Of a stretch of 64,000 nucleotides of DNA, positions 13,846-27,536 are shown piece by piece; the stretch's first letter is position 1, and the number at the start of each line of letters is the position of its first letter. The position numbers were made by a program, and so were the translations under genes. Source of the DNA: Felis catus (taxonomy: Eukaryota); contig NC_058368.1 in NCBI RefSeq assembly GCF_018350175.1, positions 162,442,001 to 162,506,000 of the forward strand. The letters run 5' to 3'. The notes below the pieces were generated by a model. That model made no database searches, was not told the origin of the DNA, and saw nothing but the letters and a program-made list of their open reading frames with translations.

Positions 13846-13910
13846 CTACCAGGAAGTAATCTATGTATTCATTTTGTATTTTTGCAAAAATAATTTGCAA
13901 AAGCTCATAA
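13846..13910 (-). CDS. Candidate exon (D)YELLQIIFAKIQNEYIDYFLV
   Basis: gtgtag|T acceptor with a weak pyrimidine tract, TAG|gtatga donor (alternative CTG|gtaggt at 13850). Open, phase 2 to 1, links the 15662 and 3106 exons. Confidence 0.45.
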
Positions 13911-14418
13911 CTACACAGCTTAATAATTACTTTCATAACACTTAAGATAAATGGTTAACAATTTCACATGATTTTTAGAACCATTTTGAAAACAGTATAC
14001 AAAACAACATATATCTTGACTTTACCCTATTATACTATATGATTACATTTACCCAACAGGATAAAAATCTTTCATATCCTCTGCTAGGGTATACACTCAG
14101 CCAATAACCAGAAACACTCTAAAATTAAACACTTTAGTCAAAATTACTACATAATCATCGACCATTTTTGAAGAGGCAGATTCAAAGACATAATGTATTC
14201 TTCTATATTCATAAAGGTGATTTTCATCTAGCTTAGAAATAACCACCTTCTCTAAATGGGACTGCAAATTAGGTGGACCAAATCAGAAATAAAATAAATA
14301 TACTAGAGTTTTTGTATCTCTACAGTTCTGACCAATTAATACTTCCCTTGTGCTTTAATGTTACATAATACTAAAATTTTGTGATTCTATACTTGAATCT
14401 CTTTAAATGAAATTCTGA

Positions 14419-14630
14419 GGGGTGCTTGGGTGGCTCAGTCAGTTAAGCATCTGACTTCAGCTCAGCTCACAGTTTGTGAGCTCAAGTCCCAAGTAGGGCT
14501 CTGCGCTGACAGCTCAGAGCCTGGAGCCTACTTAAGACTCTTTGTCTCCCTCTTTCTCTGCCCCTCCCACACTCATGCTCGCTCACTAGCACGCGCGCTC
14601 TCTCAAAAATAGATAAACATTAAAAAATTA
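14419..14630 (+). mobile_element. Can-SINE
   Basis: SINEC body and tail. Confidence 0.9.
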
Positions 14631-15496
14631 AATATAAACTTTAAAAATTAGATTACATTATTCCATCTATGTTGTATATTATATAGTGTTAAACAATTAA
14701 GTATATAATTCATGTATCTGTGAGAAGTAAAATTAAGTACTATAGACATGAGGTAAACATTTGCCACATTTGTGGATATTTAAGCTCAAGATAAATTTGA
14801 GGAAACGGAATGAGACACTGATTGAACTGTCTAAACTAAAAACTCATGTATTTAATATAAACAATCGCTACATTATCCTAGATCTCCTCATCTATCTACC
14901 TTTTTATATTTGGCTCAAGAAAAAGGACATCTTTTAGCATTATAGTTGAAAATTCAAACAAAGAACAAAAGATAAAATTAAAACCTCAGAGTATGTTAGA
15001 AGTCTCTGCTTTTACCTCTTTCTGACAGAAAGAGAAAGAGGATTTTAGACAAGTCATGTGTCTTACCCAGACCTGAATTTTCATTTCTATAACATCAGAA
15101 GGTTGGCGTAACATATTTTTAAGGTTCTTTCCAGAATTACATTGTGTGACTACAATTTTCTTGTAACAAAATTAAAAAAAAAATAGTCTAAGCTGAACAT
15201 AGAGTCTATAGTACATTTGTTATTAAAAAGGCATCAGGGGAATAAACCAGAGAGATAATATTGCCCAGGACCAAGAAGGGGAGTGTCACATATATGATAC
15301 CTCTTTCTGACAACTTCTTGTATGGATCTCAGTCTTACTTGCACTTTGCTATCCCTACTGTTTTTCCAAACTGATATTAGACATAGGCCAACCACTCAAC
15401 TACCAAAAAATATGTGTTGAAAGTCTCCACTTTTAGAGAACATGCTCAAGTGGAAGAATACTACTCATACTGCTTTCTCTGTACATTGAATCTCAC

Positions 15497-15593
15497 TTCA
15501 AAATAGACCTGGAACTCAACCCGGAGAGGTGATGAGCCGTGATTTCAGCAATTGTGCACTTCACATTTGGTAGGGAAATGGTTGAAGGCAAAC
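15497..15593 (-). pseudogene. Candidate exon, 97 nt; FAFNHFPTKCEVHNC*NHGSSPLRVEFQVYFE (phase 2) or open LPSTISLPNVKCTIAEITAHH... (phase 1)
   Basis: tttggttttcatatag|G acceptor and GAA|gtgaga donor. Only 68 nt from the upstream exon, and the frame is ambiguous. Confidence 0.3.
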
Positions 15594-15661
15594 CTATATG
15601 AAAACCAAATGAACTTTGAATCAAAAGTTACTATATCCTCACCACAACTGATCATGCTTAC

Positions 15662-15820
15662 TCCAATGTCTTGGGACTTCTGAGGTGACCTGCCCTTTCC
15701 TTTCCACAATGAAGCCAGTATATATCTCTAAGTTCATGTACAGTTATTTCTTGAAAATTAATTTTTTTATACATTCCAAGTGGTATGTCCCTTAGGATAC
15801 TGATCTTGGTTATATATATC
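15662..15820 (-). CDS. Candidate exon IYITKISILRDIPLGMYKKINFQEITVHELRDIYWLHCGKERAGHLRSPKTL
   Basis: ttttcatcagtattttcag|G acceptor, GGA|gtaagc donor. 159 nt, symmetric phase 2, a single open frame. Confidence 0.6.
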
Positions 15821-16587
15821 CTGAAAATACTGATGAAAATAATGGTAATCACTCCTTACTGTAATTTTAATATTGTTGATTCTGTTTTTACCCCTATGTT
15901 TCAATTACCAGTTTTTAAAAAGGTTTTTTTTTGTTTTGTTCTTAAACTATGAAATCCTTTTTTTCCTACCATCTGTACTCACTCCTGAGTGAGTTCACTT
16001 GACAGCTCTATGCAAATTGCACAATGTAGTTTCAATGGTTCACTGCCTTCTATCTACTTGTGGTTGTATCTCATGAATTCCCTTGATGTTTTTCTAGGAA
16101 GGAAGTTAAAATTTTATTACTCCCCTTGCTTGCTTTTACTCAGAAAGTAGATAGAGGTCCTGTCCTTGTAGATTTTGAAACATACACATAGAAAGTATAT
16201 AGACTAATAAACTGGGCTTGTATAGAATTTGACCATGTAAGTTGATGCCTCACAAAAATTGAGACAGATTAAAAGTAGCTAACATTAAATCATTTTTATG
16301 TTTGGTATTCTTACAACCTTCTTAGAAATTCCTGGGAAATTTACATTTTAACTTCAACTGAAAGCTGATGCTCAGTAAAGGGTTAAGAATGCATGTGTAT
16401 AAGCATATCTATATGTTTGGTAACAATTAGTTTTTTTATGGCCAAAACAACTGTAGCAAAGCTGGACAATAATTTGTGTGTTTGCATCAGCTCCTACTAC
16501 ACTGGAATGATTAATCCTCACATCTTATTTCTTCATAAACCTTTCCAAAACAATTTTCTCATTTTCATGCATAGTCTATAGGATACC

Positions 16588-16794
16588 TTTTTTTTTTAAT
16601 TCATTTATTTTGAGAGAAAGAGGGCACCTGCATGTGTGGGGGAGGGGCAGAGAAAGAGGATCAGAGAGGATCATATGCAGGCTCTGCTCTGTTAGTGCAG
16701 AGCCCAATGCAGAGCTCAGTCTCAGGAACTGTGAGATGATGACCCGAGCTCACATCAAGAGTTGATGCCTAAACAACTGAGCCATCCAGGTGCC
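16588..16794 (-). mobile_element. Can-SINE
   Basis: TSD ctataggatac. Confidence 0.9.
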
Positions 16795-16954
16795 CTATAG
16801 GATACATTAATATCTCCATATGATAAAATCCACTAATTTTAAATGTGCAAGGAGAAGACTTTTAGTACTTTTATATGATTGTTCAACAATTACCACAATA
16901 GAATTTTAGGATTCTATCATCACACAAAGGGTTTCCTTGTGCTTTTCAGCAGTT

Positions 16955-17370
16955 TTATTAGGGTTCTCCAGAGAAAGAAAACCAATATATAAGAGGATAT
17001 TTATTATAGGAACTGGCTCATGCTGAGATTGTCCCACCATGTGCAAGCTGGAGACCATGGAATGTCAGTCGTGGAATTCAGTCTAAGTCTGAAGCCTGAA
17101 AATAGAGGGCTGATGGTGTAAACCTGGTCTGATCCTGCAAGTCTGAGAACTAGAAGCCCCAGTATCTAAGTGTAGAAGTTGGGTCTCAGGTCACAGAGAG
17201 AAAGTAAATCTCATAGACCTTTTTGTTCTAGGCCTTCAGTGGGTTGGATGATACCCATCCACATTGGAAGGGACCATATGCTTTACTCAGTTTACCAATT
17301 CAAATGTTAATTCTTCCAGAAACACTTTCACAGACACACTCAGAAATACTGTTGTACCAGCTATCTTGGA
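16955..17370 (-). mobile_element. MLT2-family LTR nested in an old L1 3' end
   Basis: ttagggttctccagagaaagaaaaccaata...ttccagaaacactttcacagacacactcagaaa. Confidence 0.8.
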
Positions 17371-17511
17371 TCTTCTAGAAAAACCATATTGTCTTTTCTA
17401 GAAATTTTATGTAAAAAATCATCACTATGTAGTCCTTTATGTCTGGCTTTTTTAATGTAGTATTCTTTAATTTAATTTAGTATTTATCCATGATGCTGCA
17501 TGTCTCAAAGG

Positions 17512-20500
17512 GTTTTTATATTGAAATATAATTGATGTATAATGTTAGATTTTAAGTGTTTAATGTATGGATTTGACAATTCAATACATTATTTGGTGCT
17601 TACCATGTTAAGTGTAGTCACTGTCTGTCACCATACAAAGTTATTATAATATTTTTGACTGTATTCTACTTATCTGTATTTAATAGTCTATCTGGTTTTT
17701 GTTGGTTTATTAATTGGTTTGGCTTTTTAGATTCCACACATAAGTGGAATCCTATGGTATTTATCTCTCTGTTATTTCACTTAGCACAATATCCTCTAGA
17801 TCCATTCATGTTCTCCCAAATGGCAAAAGTTCACTCTATTTTAAAGCCCAGTATTCTGTTGTATGTATATATCATTTCTTTATATATTCCTCTATTGATG
17901 GACACATGTTGTTTCCATATCTTGGCTATTGTAAATAATGCTGAAACAAACATTTGGCTTATATATATCTTTTCAAATTAGTGTTTTCATTTTCTTTGGG
18001 TAAATACACAGTAGTGGAATTAATGAATTATATAGTACTTCTATTTGTAATTTTATGAGGAAGCTCTGTACTGTTTTCCCTAGTGGTTGGACCAATTTAC
18101 ATTCCCACCAACAGTGCATGAAGGTTCCCTTTTCTCCACATCCTTGTCAACGCTTAACATTTGTCTTTTTGATTTTAGCCATTCTGACAGGTGTGAGCTG
18201 ATAATTCATGGTGGTTTTGATTTGCATTTTCCTGATGATTAGCAATCTGTTCATGGGTCTGTTGGGTATTTGTATGTTCTTTTTGGAAAAATGTCTATTC
18301 AGGTCCTCTGCCCATTTTTTAATCAGATTATTTGTTTTTTGGTGCTAATTTGTAGAAGTTTTGTAAATATTTGGGATATTAACCCCTTATCAGATAGAGC
18401 ATTTGTAAATATCCTCTCACATTCAGTAGTTTATGGTTTCAAGTTTCAAATTTAGATTTTTGTTGCATTTAACTTTATTTTTGTGTATGGTGTTAGAAAA
18501 TGGCCCAGTTAGATTCTTCTGCACATAACTGTCCAATTTTTACAGTACCACTTATTTAAAAGTTTGTCTTTTCCCCATTGTATAGTCTTGCCTCCTTTGT
18601 TGTAGATTAATTGACCATTTGGTGTGGTTTTATTATGCCAGAACCATAATGTTTTGATTACTGTAGCTTTGTAGTTTATCTTGAAATCTGGCATTGTGAT
18701 ACCTCCAGCTTTGTTCTTTTTCAAGACCACTTTTGCTATTTGTAGTCTTTTGTGATTCCATACACAGATTAGTATTACTTATTGTAATTCTGTGAAAATG
18801 CTATTGATATTTTGATAAGAGTTGCATTGAATCTGTAGATGGCTTTGGATAATATGGGCATTTTAATAATACTCTTCTAATTTATGAGCATTGGTTTATC
18901 TTCCTATTTGTATTATTTTAAATTTCTCTCATCAGTAGCTTATAGTTTTTAGGGCATAGGTCTTTCACCTCCTTAGTTGAATGTTTGCCTGGGTATTTCA
19001 GCCTTTTGATGCAATTGTAAATGGGATTGTTTCTTAATTTGTCTTTGTGCTACTTCATTGTTAGCATATAAAAATGTAACAGATTTCTGTATGTTAATTT
19101 TGTATCTTGCAACTTTACTACATTAATTTTAGTGGAGTCTGTAGGGTTTTCTATGTATAATATATCATATGCAAATAGTGACAGTTCATTTTTTCCTTAC
19201 TGATAAAATTCTTTTTATTTCTTGTCTGATTTCTGTGCTAGGGCTTCCAATACTATGTTGAATGAAAGTGATGAAAGTAGACATCCTTATCTTTTTCCTG
19301 ATCTTAGAGATAAAGCTTTCAATTTTTCACCATTATGTTTTAGCTGTAGGTTTTTCCATATATAATCTTTAGTATGTTGAAGTATGTTCTCTGTAACCCC
19401 ACTTTGTTGGGAGTTTTTATCATGAATGGATCTTGTATGGATCTTGTCAAATGCTTTCTCTGCAATTATTTAGATGATCATATGATTTTTATCCTTCTAT
19501 TAATGTGAAAGATCATATTGACAAATATTGAACCACCCTTGTCTCTCTGGAAAAAAAATCCCACTTAATCATGGTGAATGATCCTAGTAAATGTATTACT
19601 GAATATGATTTGCAATTTTTTTGTGGAGGATTTTTGCATCTCTGTTCATCAGAGATAGTGGCCTATAGTTTTTTTCTTTGTTTGTTTGTTTTTGTAGTAT
19701 CTTAGTCTGGCTTTGGTATTAGTATAATACTGGCCTTGGAGAATGTATTTGAAAGTTTTCCTTTTCTATTTTCAGAATAGTTTCAAATGAATAGGTAACC
19801 CTTCCTGAATTGTTTGGTACAGGTCACCTGCAAAGCCATCTGTTCCTGGATTTTTGGGGGTGTGTTTTGATGAGTGAGTCCATGTCATTGCTAGTAATCT
19901 GTTCAAATTTTCTATTTTTTCTTTATTGAATTTTGTAAGCTTGTGTGTTTCTAGGAATTTATCAATTTCTACTAGGTTGTCCAGTTTGATGTCATATAAT
20001 TTTTCAAAATAACCTCTAATCATTTTTTATATTTTTGTGATATTATTTTTTACTTTATTTCTTTTCCTTTATTTCTGATTTTGACTCCTCTTCTTTCTGA
20101 TAGTCTGGTTAAAGTTTTGTCAGTTTTGTTTATCTTTACACAAAGCCATCTGTTGGTTTCATTGATACTTTCTATTTTCTCTTTCCTCTCACTTATTTTC
20201 TTATTATTTCCTTCCTCCTACTAGCTTTGGGCTTTCTTTATCACTTTTCTAGTTCCTTTACATGTAATGGTAGGTTGTTTGAGATTTTTCTTGTTTCTTG
20301 AGGTAGGCCTGTATTGCTATAAACTTCTATCTTAGAACTTCTTTTGCTGGGTTTCAAAGATTTTTTTTACCAGTGTTTTCATTTTCATTTTTCTCTACAC
20401 AGTTTTGTTTCTTCTTTGATTTATTCATTGACCCATTGGTTGATTGGTAGCATGGTCAGAAAACATGCTTGATATGATTTCAACCTTAAATTTATTGAAA

Positions 20501-22955
20501 GCTGTTTTGTGGCCTCACATGTGATCCCTCCTGGAGAATTTCCATGTGTACTTAAAAAGAGTGCATGTTCTACTATTTTTGGATTGAATGTTCTGTATAT
20601 ATTTGTTAGGTCCATCTAGTCTAATGTGCCATTCAGAGCCTCTGTTTGCTTATTGATTCCCTGTCTGGATGATGTATCTACAGATCCAAGTGGAGCATTA
20701 AGGCCTGCTACTATTAATGTGTTACTGTCAATTTCTCCCCTTAGGTCTGTTAAATATTGCTTTACATATTTAGGTTCTTCTATATTGGGTGCATAAATAT
20801 TTAAAATTATTATATCCTTTTGTTGGATTGATCCCTTTATCGCTACCATCTTTGTTTCAAAGTTTATTTTGTCTTAATATTGCTATCCTGTCACTTTTTA
20901 TTTTTACTTTTTGGCTTTCATTTACATGGTATATGCTTAACCATTTACTTTGAGTCTGTATGTGTCTTTAGGTCTAAAGTTAGTCTTTTGTAAGCAGCAT
21001 ATAGATGGGTCTTGTTGTTGTTTTTTTTAATCCATTAGTCCCCCTATGTTTTTTTGATTGGAACATTTAGTCCATTTACATTTACAATAATTATTAATAG
21101 GTATGTACTTAATGCCATTTTATTAATTGTATTCTCATTGTTTTGTACTTCTCTGTTCCTTTCTTCTCTTGCTCTCTTGCCTTGTGATTTCATGGCTTTC
21201 TTTAATGTAATGTTTGGGTTCTTGTGTGTGTGTGTAACTCTTAGAGGCTTTTGACTTGTAGTTACCAATGGGTTCATATATAACATCTTATGCATAGAGA
21301 AGTCTTCATTAAGTTGATGTTTGCTTAAGTTCAAACACACACTAAATTTTTACTCCCTCCTCTAAACTTTATGCATGTGATGTCATATTTTATATGGTGT
21401 ATTTTTTGTATCCCTTGGCTAATTGTTGTAGATATAATTGATTTTACTACTTTTTTGTTTTAACATCCAAACTGGCTTTGTAAGTATTTAATCTACTACT
21501 TTACTCTTTGCTTTTACCTGTGAGTTTTTTTTCCTTCTACATTTTTTCCTAACTTTTAGTTATGGCCTTTTCTTTTTTCCACTTAAAGAATTCTTAACAT
21601 TTCTTGTGAGGCTGGTGTAGTGTTGATGATGGTATCTTCATAACCATTACTTTGAATTCTTTATCAGACATACTGCTTATTTCTGTGTCACTTCACTCTT
21701 TGTGATTTTATCTTGTTCTTTCATTTGGGACATATTCCCTGTCTTCTCATTCTGTCTAACTCTGTGTTTCTTTCTATAAGGGAGACCAGCTATGCCTCCT
21801 GGTCTTGAAGGTAGTGGCCTTGTGTAGAAGATGTTCTGTGGTGCCTTATTACTCCGTCTCCCTGGTCACTAGGACCAGTAGCTCTAGGGATGCCCAGTGT
21901 GTGTCCCTGTTGTGGCTTTGCCTGCTATGGGCACCCTCTGAGAGTTTGCTCCCTGCACTGAGAGGCCTAGCTGTTGCAGCTATGGGCTTGTTGGTGGGTA
22001 GGGCTGGCAGTCAGCCTAGTTCTCTGAAGTTAACCTCTCTGGCACAGCTGCTAGAGCATGGAAGGGCAGGGCTTGCTCCCTGCTCAGCCGGTTAAGAGGC
22101 TTGGAGATTGTTGGTATGTTGGTTTGTGGGCTTTTCTCTCCTCCTCTCAGCCCTCCCCAGCACAGGAGTCACTCTAAAGTGACAAGGGTCCTATCTGGAA
22201 CTGCCTGCTGGGTGTGGTGTGTTGGGTGTGATGGAGTAGGGGGGGGGGGGGCTCTGGAGGGATGCCTCCCAAGGTTGGATTGGGAGGGTCTGCAGGAAAA
22301 TGCTGAGATGTGGCACTTTGCTCTAGCAAGGTAGATGAAGAGGGTTAGCAGTGGCTCTCACAAGTGTTCAACTATCTAGGCTAGGAGAGGCGAATAGAAA
22401 TGGTGACTCTGAGTACTTGTTCCTAAAGAAATCAGACCCCTACTCCTCCAGTACATGTTCTGAGATGACTCAATAAATCTCCTTCACATATATCAAACTG
22501 TTCCTTCTGTGCTATGTCTCTGGCCAAGTAGGCTGGCTCTTAAAGAGGGAAGACTCAGTTTCCTATTAACCTCCAGCTCTCCCAAGGTTAAGACCCTCTG
22601 TTTTTCAAAGCTCTTCCACTGGCTCTCAAAGTCAGACAATAAAAGATCTTGTCCACCCAAGGCAGGTCCCCAGTTCTGGGGGTGCTTGGTGTGGGGTCTG
22701 ATCCTTTCACTTCTGCCTGTCAAGTCTCTTCCATGTGTGGCTAGTTACACCAGGGGTTGAATTCTGGTCTCCAATCCCTCTCCCCCCAAACACACAACTC
22801 TATCAATGTGGCCTTCTCTCTGTGATTGGCTGTGGAAGGTCTGTTCAGTCAGTCCTCAGGTCATTTGCAGAGTTAGTTGCATAAGTGTAACTGTTATTTC
22901 AGTGTGGCTGTAAGGCAAGGCGAACTCCGAATCTTGATACTCTTCCATCTTCCTA
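17512..22955 (-). mobile_element. Carnivore L1 with 5' UTR and 3' end retained, internally deleted and ORF-dead
   Basis: ORF2 fragments in the ORF track (e.g. 18509-18730, 19772-20023, 20616-20849). GC-rich 5' UTR about 21800-22955. TSD catgtctcaaagg at 17499-17511 and 22956-22968. Confidence 0.9.
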
Positions 22956-23179
22956 CATGTCTCAAAGGTTTGTTTTTTGGTGCTAAGTACATTCCATTAA
23001 ATAGTATGCCATATATGTTTACCTATTCAATACTTGATAGACATTTGGATTCTTTACAATTTTTGGCTGTTATAAAGAATGGTATTTTGAATATTTGCAT
23101 AGAATGTTATTGACCTTTGTTTTCATTTTTCTTGGGTAATGAAATATCAATCATGTAGGTAACTGAATGTGAAACTTTT

Positions 23180-23395
23180 CTTGGTGGCTCAGTTCATTGT
23201 GTCTGACTCTTGATTTTGGCTCGGGTCATGATCTTAAGCTTGGTGAGTTAGACCCCTCATTGGGCTCTGTGCTGACAGCACAGAGCCTACTTGGAATTCT
23301 CTCTGCCTCTCTCTGCCCCTCCCCTGCTCATGTTCTCTCTCTCAAAATCAATAAATAAAACTTAAAACAATTTTTAAATAAAAAAATAAAAAATA
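23180..23395 (+). mobile_element. Can-SINE
   Basis: SINEC body and tail. Confidence 0.9.
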
Positions 23396-25051
23396 AATTT
23401 TCTAAGAGAAAAACCAAACTATTGTAAACTGGCTGTTAAATTTCTACCAGCAATAATGAGTGTTTGAGTTGCTCAATATCCTTGCCAACATGCTATCAGC
23501 CTCTAAAATTTTAACCATTTTAACAGTATTTCTTTTGGCTTTAATTAACAGTTCTGTAATGTAGTCTCATAGTAGTATTAATATGCATTTCCCTAAGGTT
23601 TACTGATGCTGAGCCTTTTATGTATCCTCTATACTGAAGTGCCTATTCAAATATTTTGCCATTTTGCTCTCATGAGGAAGTGTGACAATTTTATTGTTGA
23701 GGCAGAGTGTTGTTCTTATTCTAGACAAAAGCCCTGTATCCTGTATCAGGTACACGCTTTAAAAAGATTTTCACTATTTTCTTAATGGTGTCTTTGAAAA
23801 ATAAACATTTTGAATTTAATAAAACTCAAAATTATTTTTTAGTAATTGATTTGCTTTGAATACTATTTAAGAAGATTATTTTAATTGAAGGTCACTAAAA
23901 GTTTCTCCTATGTTTACTAAGCAGAATTAACTTCAGGTCTACAACCCTTTTGAGTTCGTTTTTGTAGTGTATGAGCTAAGGGATAAGGTTAATTATTTTA
24001 TATGGATAGCCCTTTTTTCCAAGGCCATTTTGAAAATATTGTTACTTCCTTAATTCAGTCATATTGTCTTCTTTACCAAAATAAAATGGCTGTATATGTA
24101 AAGCTCTATTTCTGGATCCTTTATACTATTCCACTGATCTAAATGTTTATCATTATGCAATTAATATGGTCTCTTGAATACTGTAGCTTTATAATGTTTG
24201 AAATGAAGTGAAAGTCCACTAACTATTCTTTTTCAGTATTATTTCACTATACTACAAATGCTGAATATCTGTGTACAATTTATGATCAACTGATGAACTT
24301 CTAAAAATAAGTCTGTTAGGATTAGATAGGGATTTTATTAAATCTACATATTAGAGAATTTCCATCTTTACAGTGTTTAGTTTTCTAATACATGAATAAG
24401 GTGTGCCTTTATTTAGGTTTTGTTAAATTTTTATCACCATGGTTTTGCACATGTGAAAACAATTTTACTTACTCCTTTTATATCTGCATGCATTTAATAT
24501 ATTTTTCTTGTCTACTCCAGTGACTAGGATTTCCAGTACATTGTTGACTAAATGTGATGGAAGTAGACTCTGTGTCTTGTTCCTGATCTCAGAAATGGTC
24601 AGTTTTTCCACAGTTAGATATGATGTTAGTTGTAGGTTCTTTGTTGTTGCTCTTCATCAGCACTGAAAGAGTGCTCATCATGAATGTATGCTTAGATGTA
24701 ATCAAATGATTTTTATGTGTCATGATTGCAATATGATTTTGTGTTATAATATATATTAAATACTATATTTAATTTTCAGATACTAAACCAATCTTGAAAT
24801 CCTGTGCTCAATACTATGTGTTCTTGATTTATACTCATTTTCCTATGTTGCTAGATATGGCATGCTAATATTTAACAACGTTTAGGTTCATGAGGGATAT
24901 TGGTAGGAGGGCTTCTCTTTTGAGACTTATTTTTCTTCTGACTTCAGTGTCAGGGTAATATTAGAGTTTTAGAAAGAATTGGAAGGAATATCCTTGTTCT
25001 TATGGGAAAAGCTTTTTAGGATTGGTACTATTTCTGAAGAAAAGGAAAAAA

Positions 25052-25217
25052 AGGAGTGCCTCAGTCTGTCAAGCTGCCGACTCTTGATTTCCACCAAGGT
25101 CATGATCTCCTGGTTCATGAGTTCAATTCCCACCCTGGGCTCTGCAATGACAGTGTGGAGCCTGCTTGGGATTCTCTCTCTCTCCCCATCTCTCTCTGTT
25201 CCTCCCCAACTTGTGTG

Positions 25218-25270
<53 letters not shown>

Positions 25271-25320
25271 TAAATAAACTTTAAAAAAAATGTTAAAAAA
25301 AGAAAAGGAAAAAGAAAACT
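25052..25320 (+). mobile_element. Can-SINE with expanded (CT)n at about 25222-25265
   Basis: SINEC body and tail. Confidence 0.9.
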
Positions 25321-26791
25321 TGAAAGAGTAGATCTCATACTGAGCATTCTTAACACAAAAAGCAAATAGGGACATAAGAAATTTGTGGAGGCAAAGTGTA
25401 GTGTGTTACCTTAGTTGGGGTGATATTTCATGGATGTTTTCTTTTGTCCAAGTTCACTGTATTATAGACATGAAATATGTGAGTTTTTTGCAAATCAATT
25501 ATATCTCAAGAAAACTATCTTTTAAAACTATTTGGCAGAATTCACAATTGAAGTTTTTTAACCTTGGACTTTATTTTGTGGGAAAATTTTTAATTAAATG
25601 TCTTCACCTGTAATTGTTGCATTTAGATTGTCCGTTATTCTCTTGACTCTGTTTTGGTAAACATGAACCTAAGAATTTTTCCATTTTATATATTTGTCTA
25701 GTATTTGCATAAAGTTGAATTTATAATTCTCACATAATTCTTACAAATACTGTAGCTCTGAAAAAAAAAATTGTAGCTCCATAATTCATAGATCCTCTTT
25801 GATTCCTAATTTTAGTAATTGTATCTTCTTTCTCTTTTTGGGGGGCCAATTTAGCTAAAGTTTTGTAAGTTTTTTATCTTTTTTGTGGTTTGTGTTTATT
25901 GTTATTGTTGATGTTATTGTTGTTGTTTTGATATAGCCGTTTTGATGATCCTTACCAATAACCAACTTTCAATTTCATTGATTTTTTTTTCCTCTATTTT
26001 ATTTGCACTCCTTTTAGGACTTCCCTCTATCTTTATGCTTTAAGGTTAATTTTATCTGCTTATTTGATTTTGTTTATATATTTTAGTTTTAAAATTAAAT
26101 CTTTGTTTAATAATTGGAGACCTTTTTTTTTAATATGAAAGGTTAAAACTATACATTTTCCTCTAAGCACTGCTTTACCTCCATGCCATAAGCTTTGATA
26201 TGTTGTACTTTTAAATTAATTCAGTTCAGAATATTCTGTTTTTTTAGTATTTCTCCTTGGACCCATGAGTCACTTACAGCTGTTTAGGTTACCAAATGAT
26301 TGAGAATATCCCAAGTTTCTGTCTGTTAGTGATTTCTAACTTAATTCCATCGTGGTCAGTGAGCAAACTGTGTGTGATTTCAGTCTCTTTAGGTTTTAAG
26401 ATATGCTTAAAAGCCAAACAGATGGCCTGAGAGATTGTTCCCTTGTGTTTTAAAAACAAAACATGCATTCTTTTGCCTGAAATGTCAGTTAAGTCAAGTG
26501 GTTTGATAGTGCTACTCATGTTCATTATACTGTTCTGATAGTCTGTGTGGTTCTGTCAATTATTGAAAATGATGCATTAAAAATTTTTAAATGTTATTTT
26601 GTACTCTTGATATTTGTCAATTTTTGCTTTCTATATTTTAAGACTCCTAGGTATTCAAGATAAATAAAAACACAAAGGTTGATATACAAAAGCTCATGGC
26701 AGCTTTATTCACAGTAGTAAAAAAAAAATGCATCCAGATACCTCTCAAACTTAATTCAGTATAGCTACATAATAATAAGTATTAGATAATT

Positions 26792-26794
<3 letters not shown>

Positions 26795-26828
<34 letters not shown>
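26795..26828. repeat. (CA)n microsatellite
   Basis: Seen directly in the sequence. Confidence 0.95.
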
Positions 26829-26830
<2 letters not shown>

Positions 26831-27165
26831 AGGCACACACCCCTGCTGATAACTGCAACATGGATTGAGAGAAAAATTAGTATTCTGAGTGAAAGAAACC
26901 ATACTCAAATAAAAATTTATTATAGCATTTATAATACTCTAGAGAATACAAATCTGTCATGACACTAAGCCCATCAATCAGTGGTTGCCTGGGGCAGGAA
27001 GTAGCAGGACAGATAGACTGCAAATGGCCATGACAAGATTTTTGTGAAGGGTGGAAATGCTCTGACTCTTGATTGTAGCATTTCATAGGTGTGCATATCT
27101 GACAGAACTGATAAAACTCTGAATTCTAACTAGAGGTTACTGTCTATTATAAATATATGTGTACA

Positions 27166-27404
27166 GGGGCGCCTGGGTGGCGCAGTCGGTTAAGCGTCCG
27201 ACTTCAGCCAGGTCACGATCTCACGGTCCGTGAGTTTGAGCCCCGCGTCGGGCTCTGGGCTGATGGCTCAGAGCCTGGAGCCTGTTTCCGATTCTGTGTC
27301 TCCCTCTCTCTCTGCCCCTCCCCTGTTCATGCTCTGTCTCTCTCTGTCCCAAAAATAAATAAACGTTGAAAAAAAAATTTTTTTTTAAATAAAAAAATAA
27401 AAAA
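27166..27404 (+). mobile_element. Young SINEC_Fc
   Basis: CpG-rich ggggcgcctgggtggcgcagtcggttaagcgtccg. TSD ataaatatatgtgtaca. Confidence 0.95.
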
Positions 27405-27424
27405 ATAAATATATGTGTACATAC

Positions 27425-27536
27425 ATTATCTCAATTCAAATGGTAACATCTGTAGTTGACATGTATGTCTTTATCCTTGATCATGTGGACTGCTTCTTGG
27501 AAAATCTGCTTATATAAATTTGAGATAGGTGAATAC
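27425..27536 (-). pseudogene. Candidate exon with in-frame stop: YSPISNLYKQIFQEAVHMIKDKDIHVNYRCYHLN*DN
   Basis: Long pyrimidine tract then tag|G, AAT|gtatgt donor. Phase 2 start matches the 30001 donor. TGA at 27431-27433. Confidence 0.4.

Larger units (their letters stand above)
22970..26640 (-). mobile_element. Older L1 (L1M-type) ORF2/3' region, continuing the fragment at about 16820-17500
   Basis: Degenerate ORF2 text. ORF 26289-26525 resembles the L1 endonuclease C-terminus (DHDGIKLEI). Confidence 0.7.
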
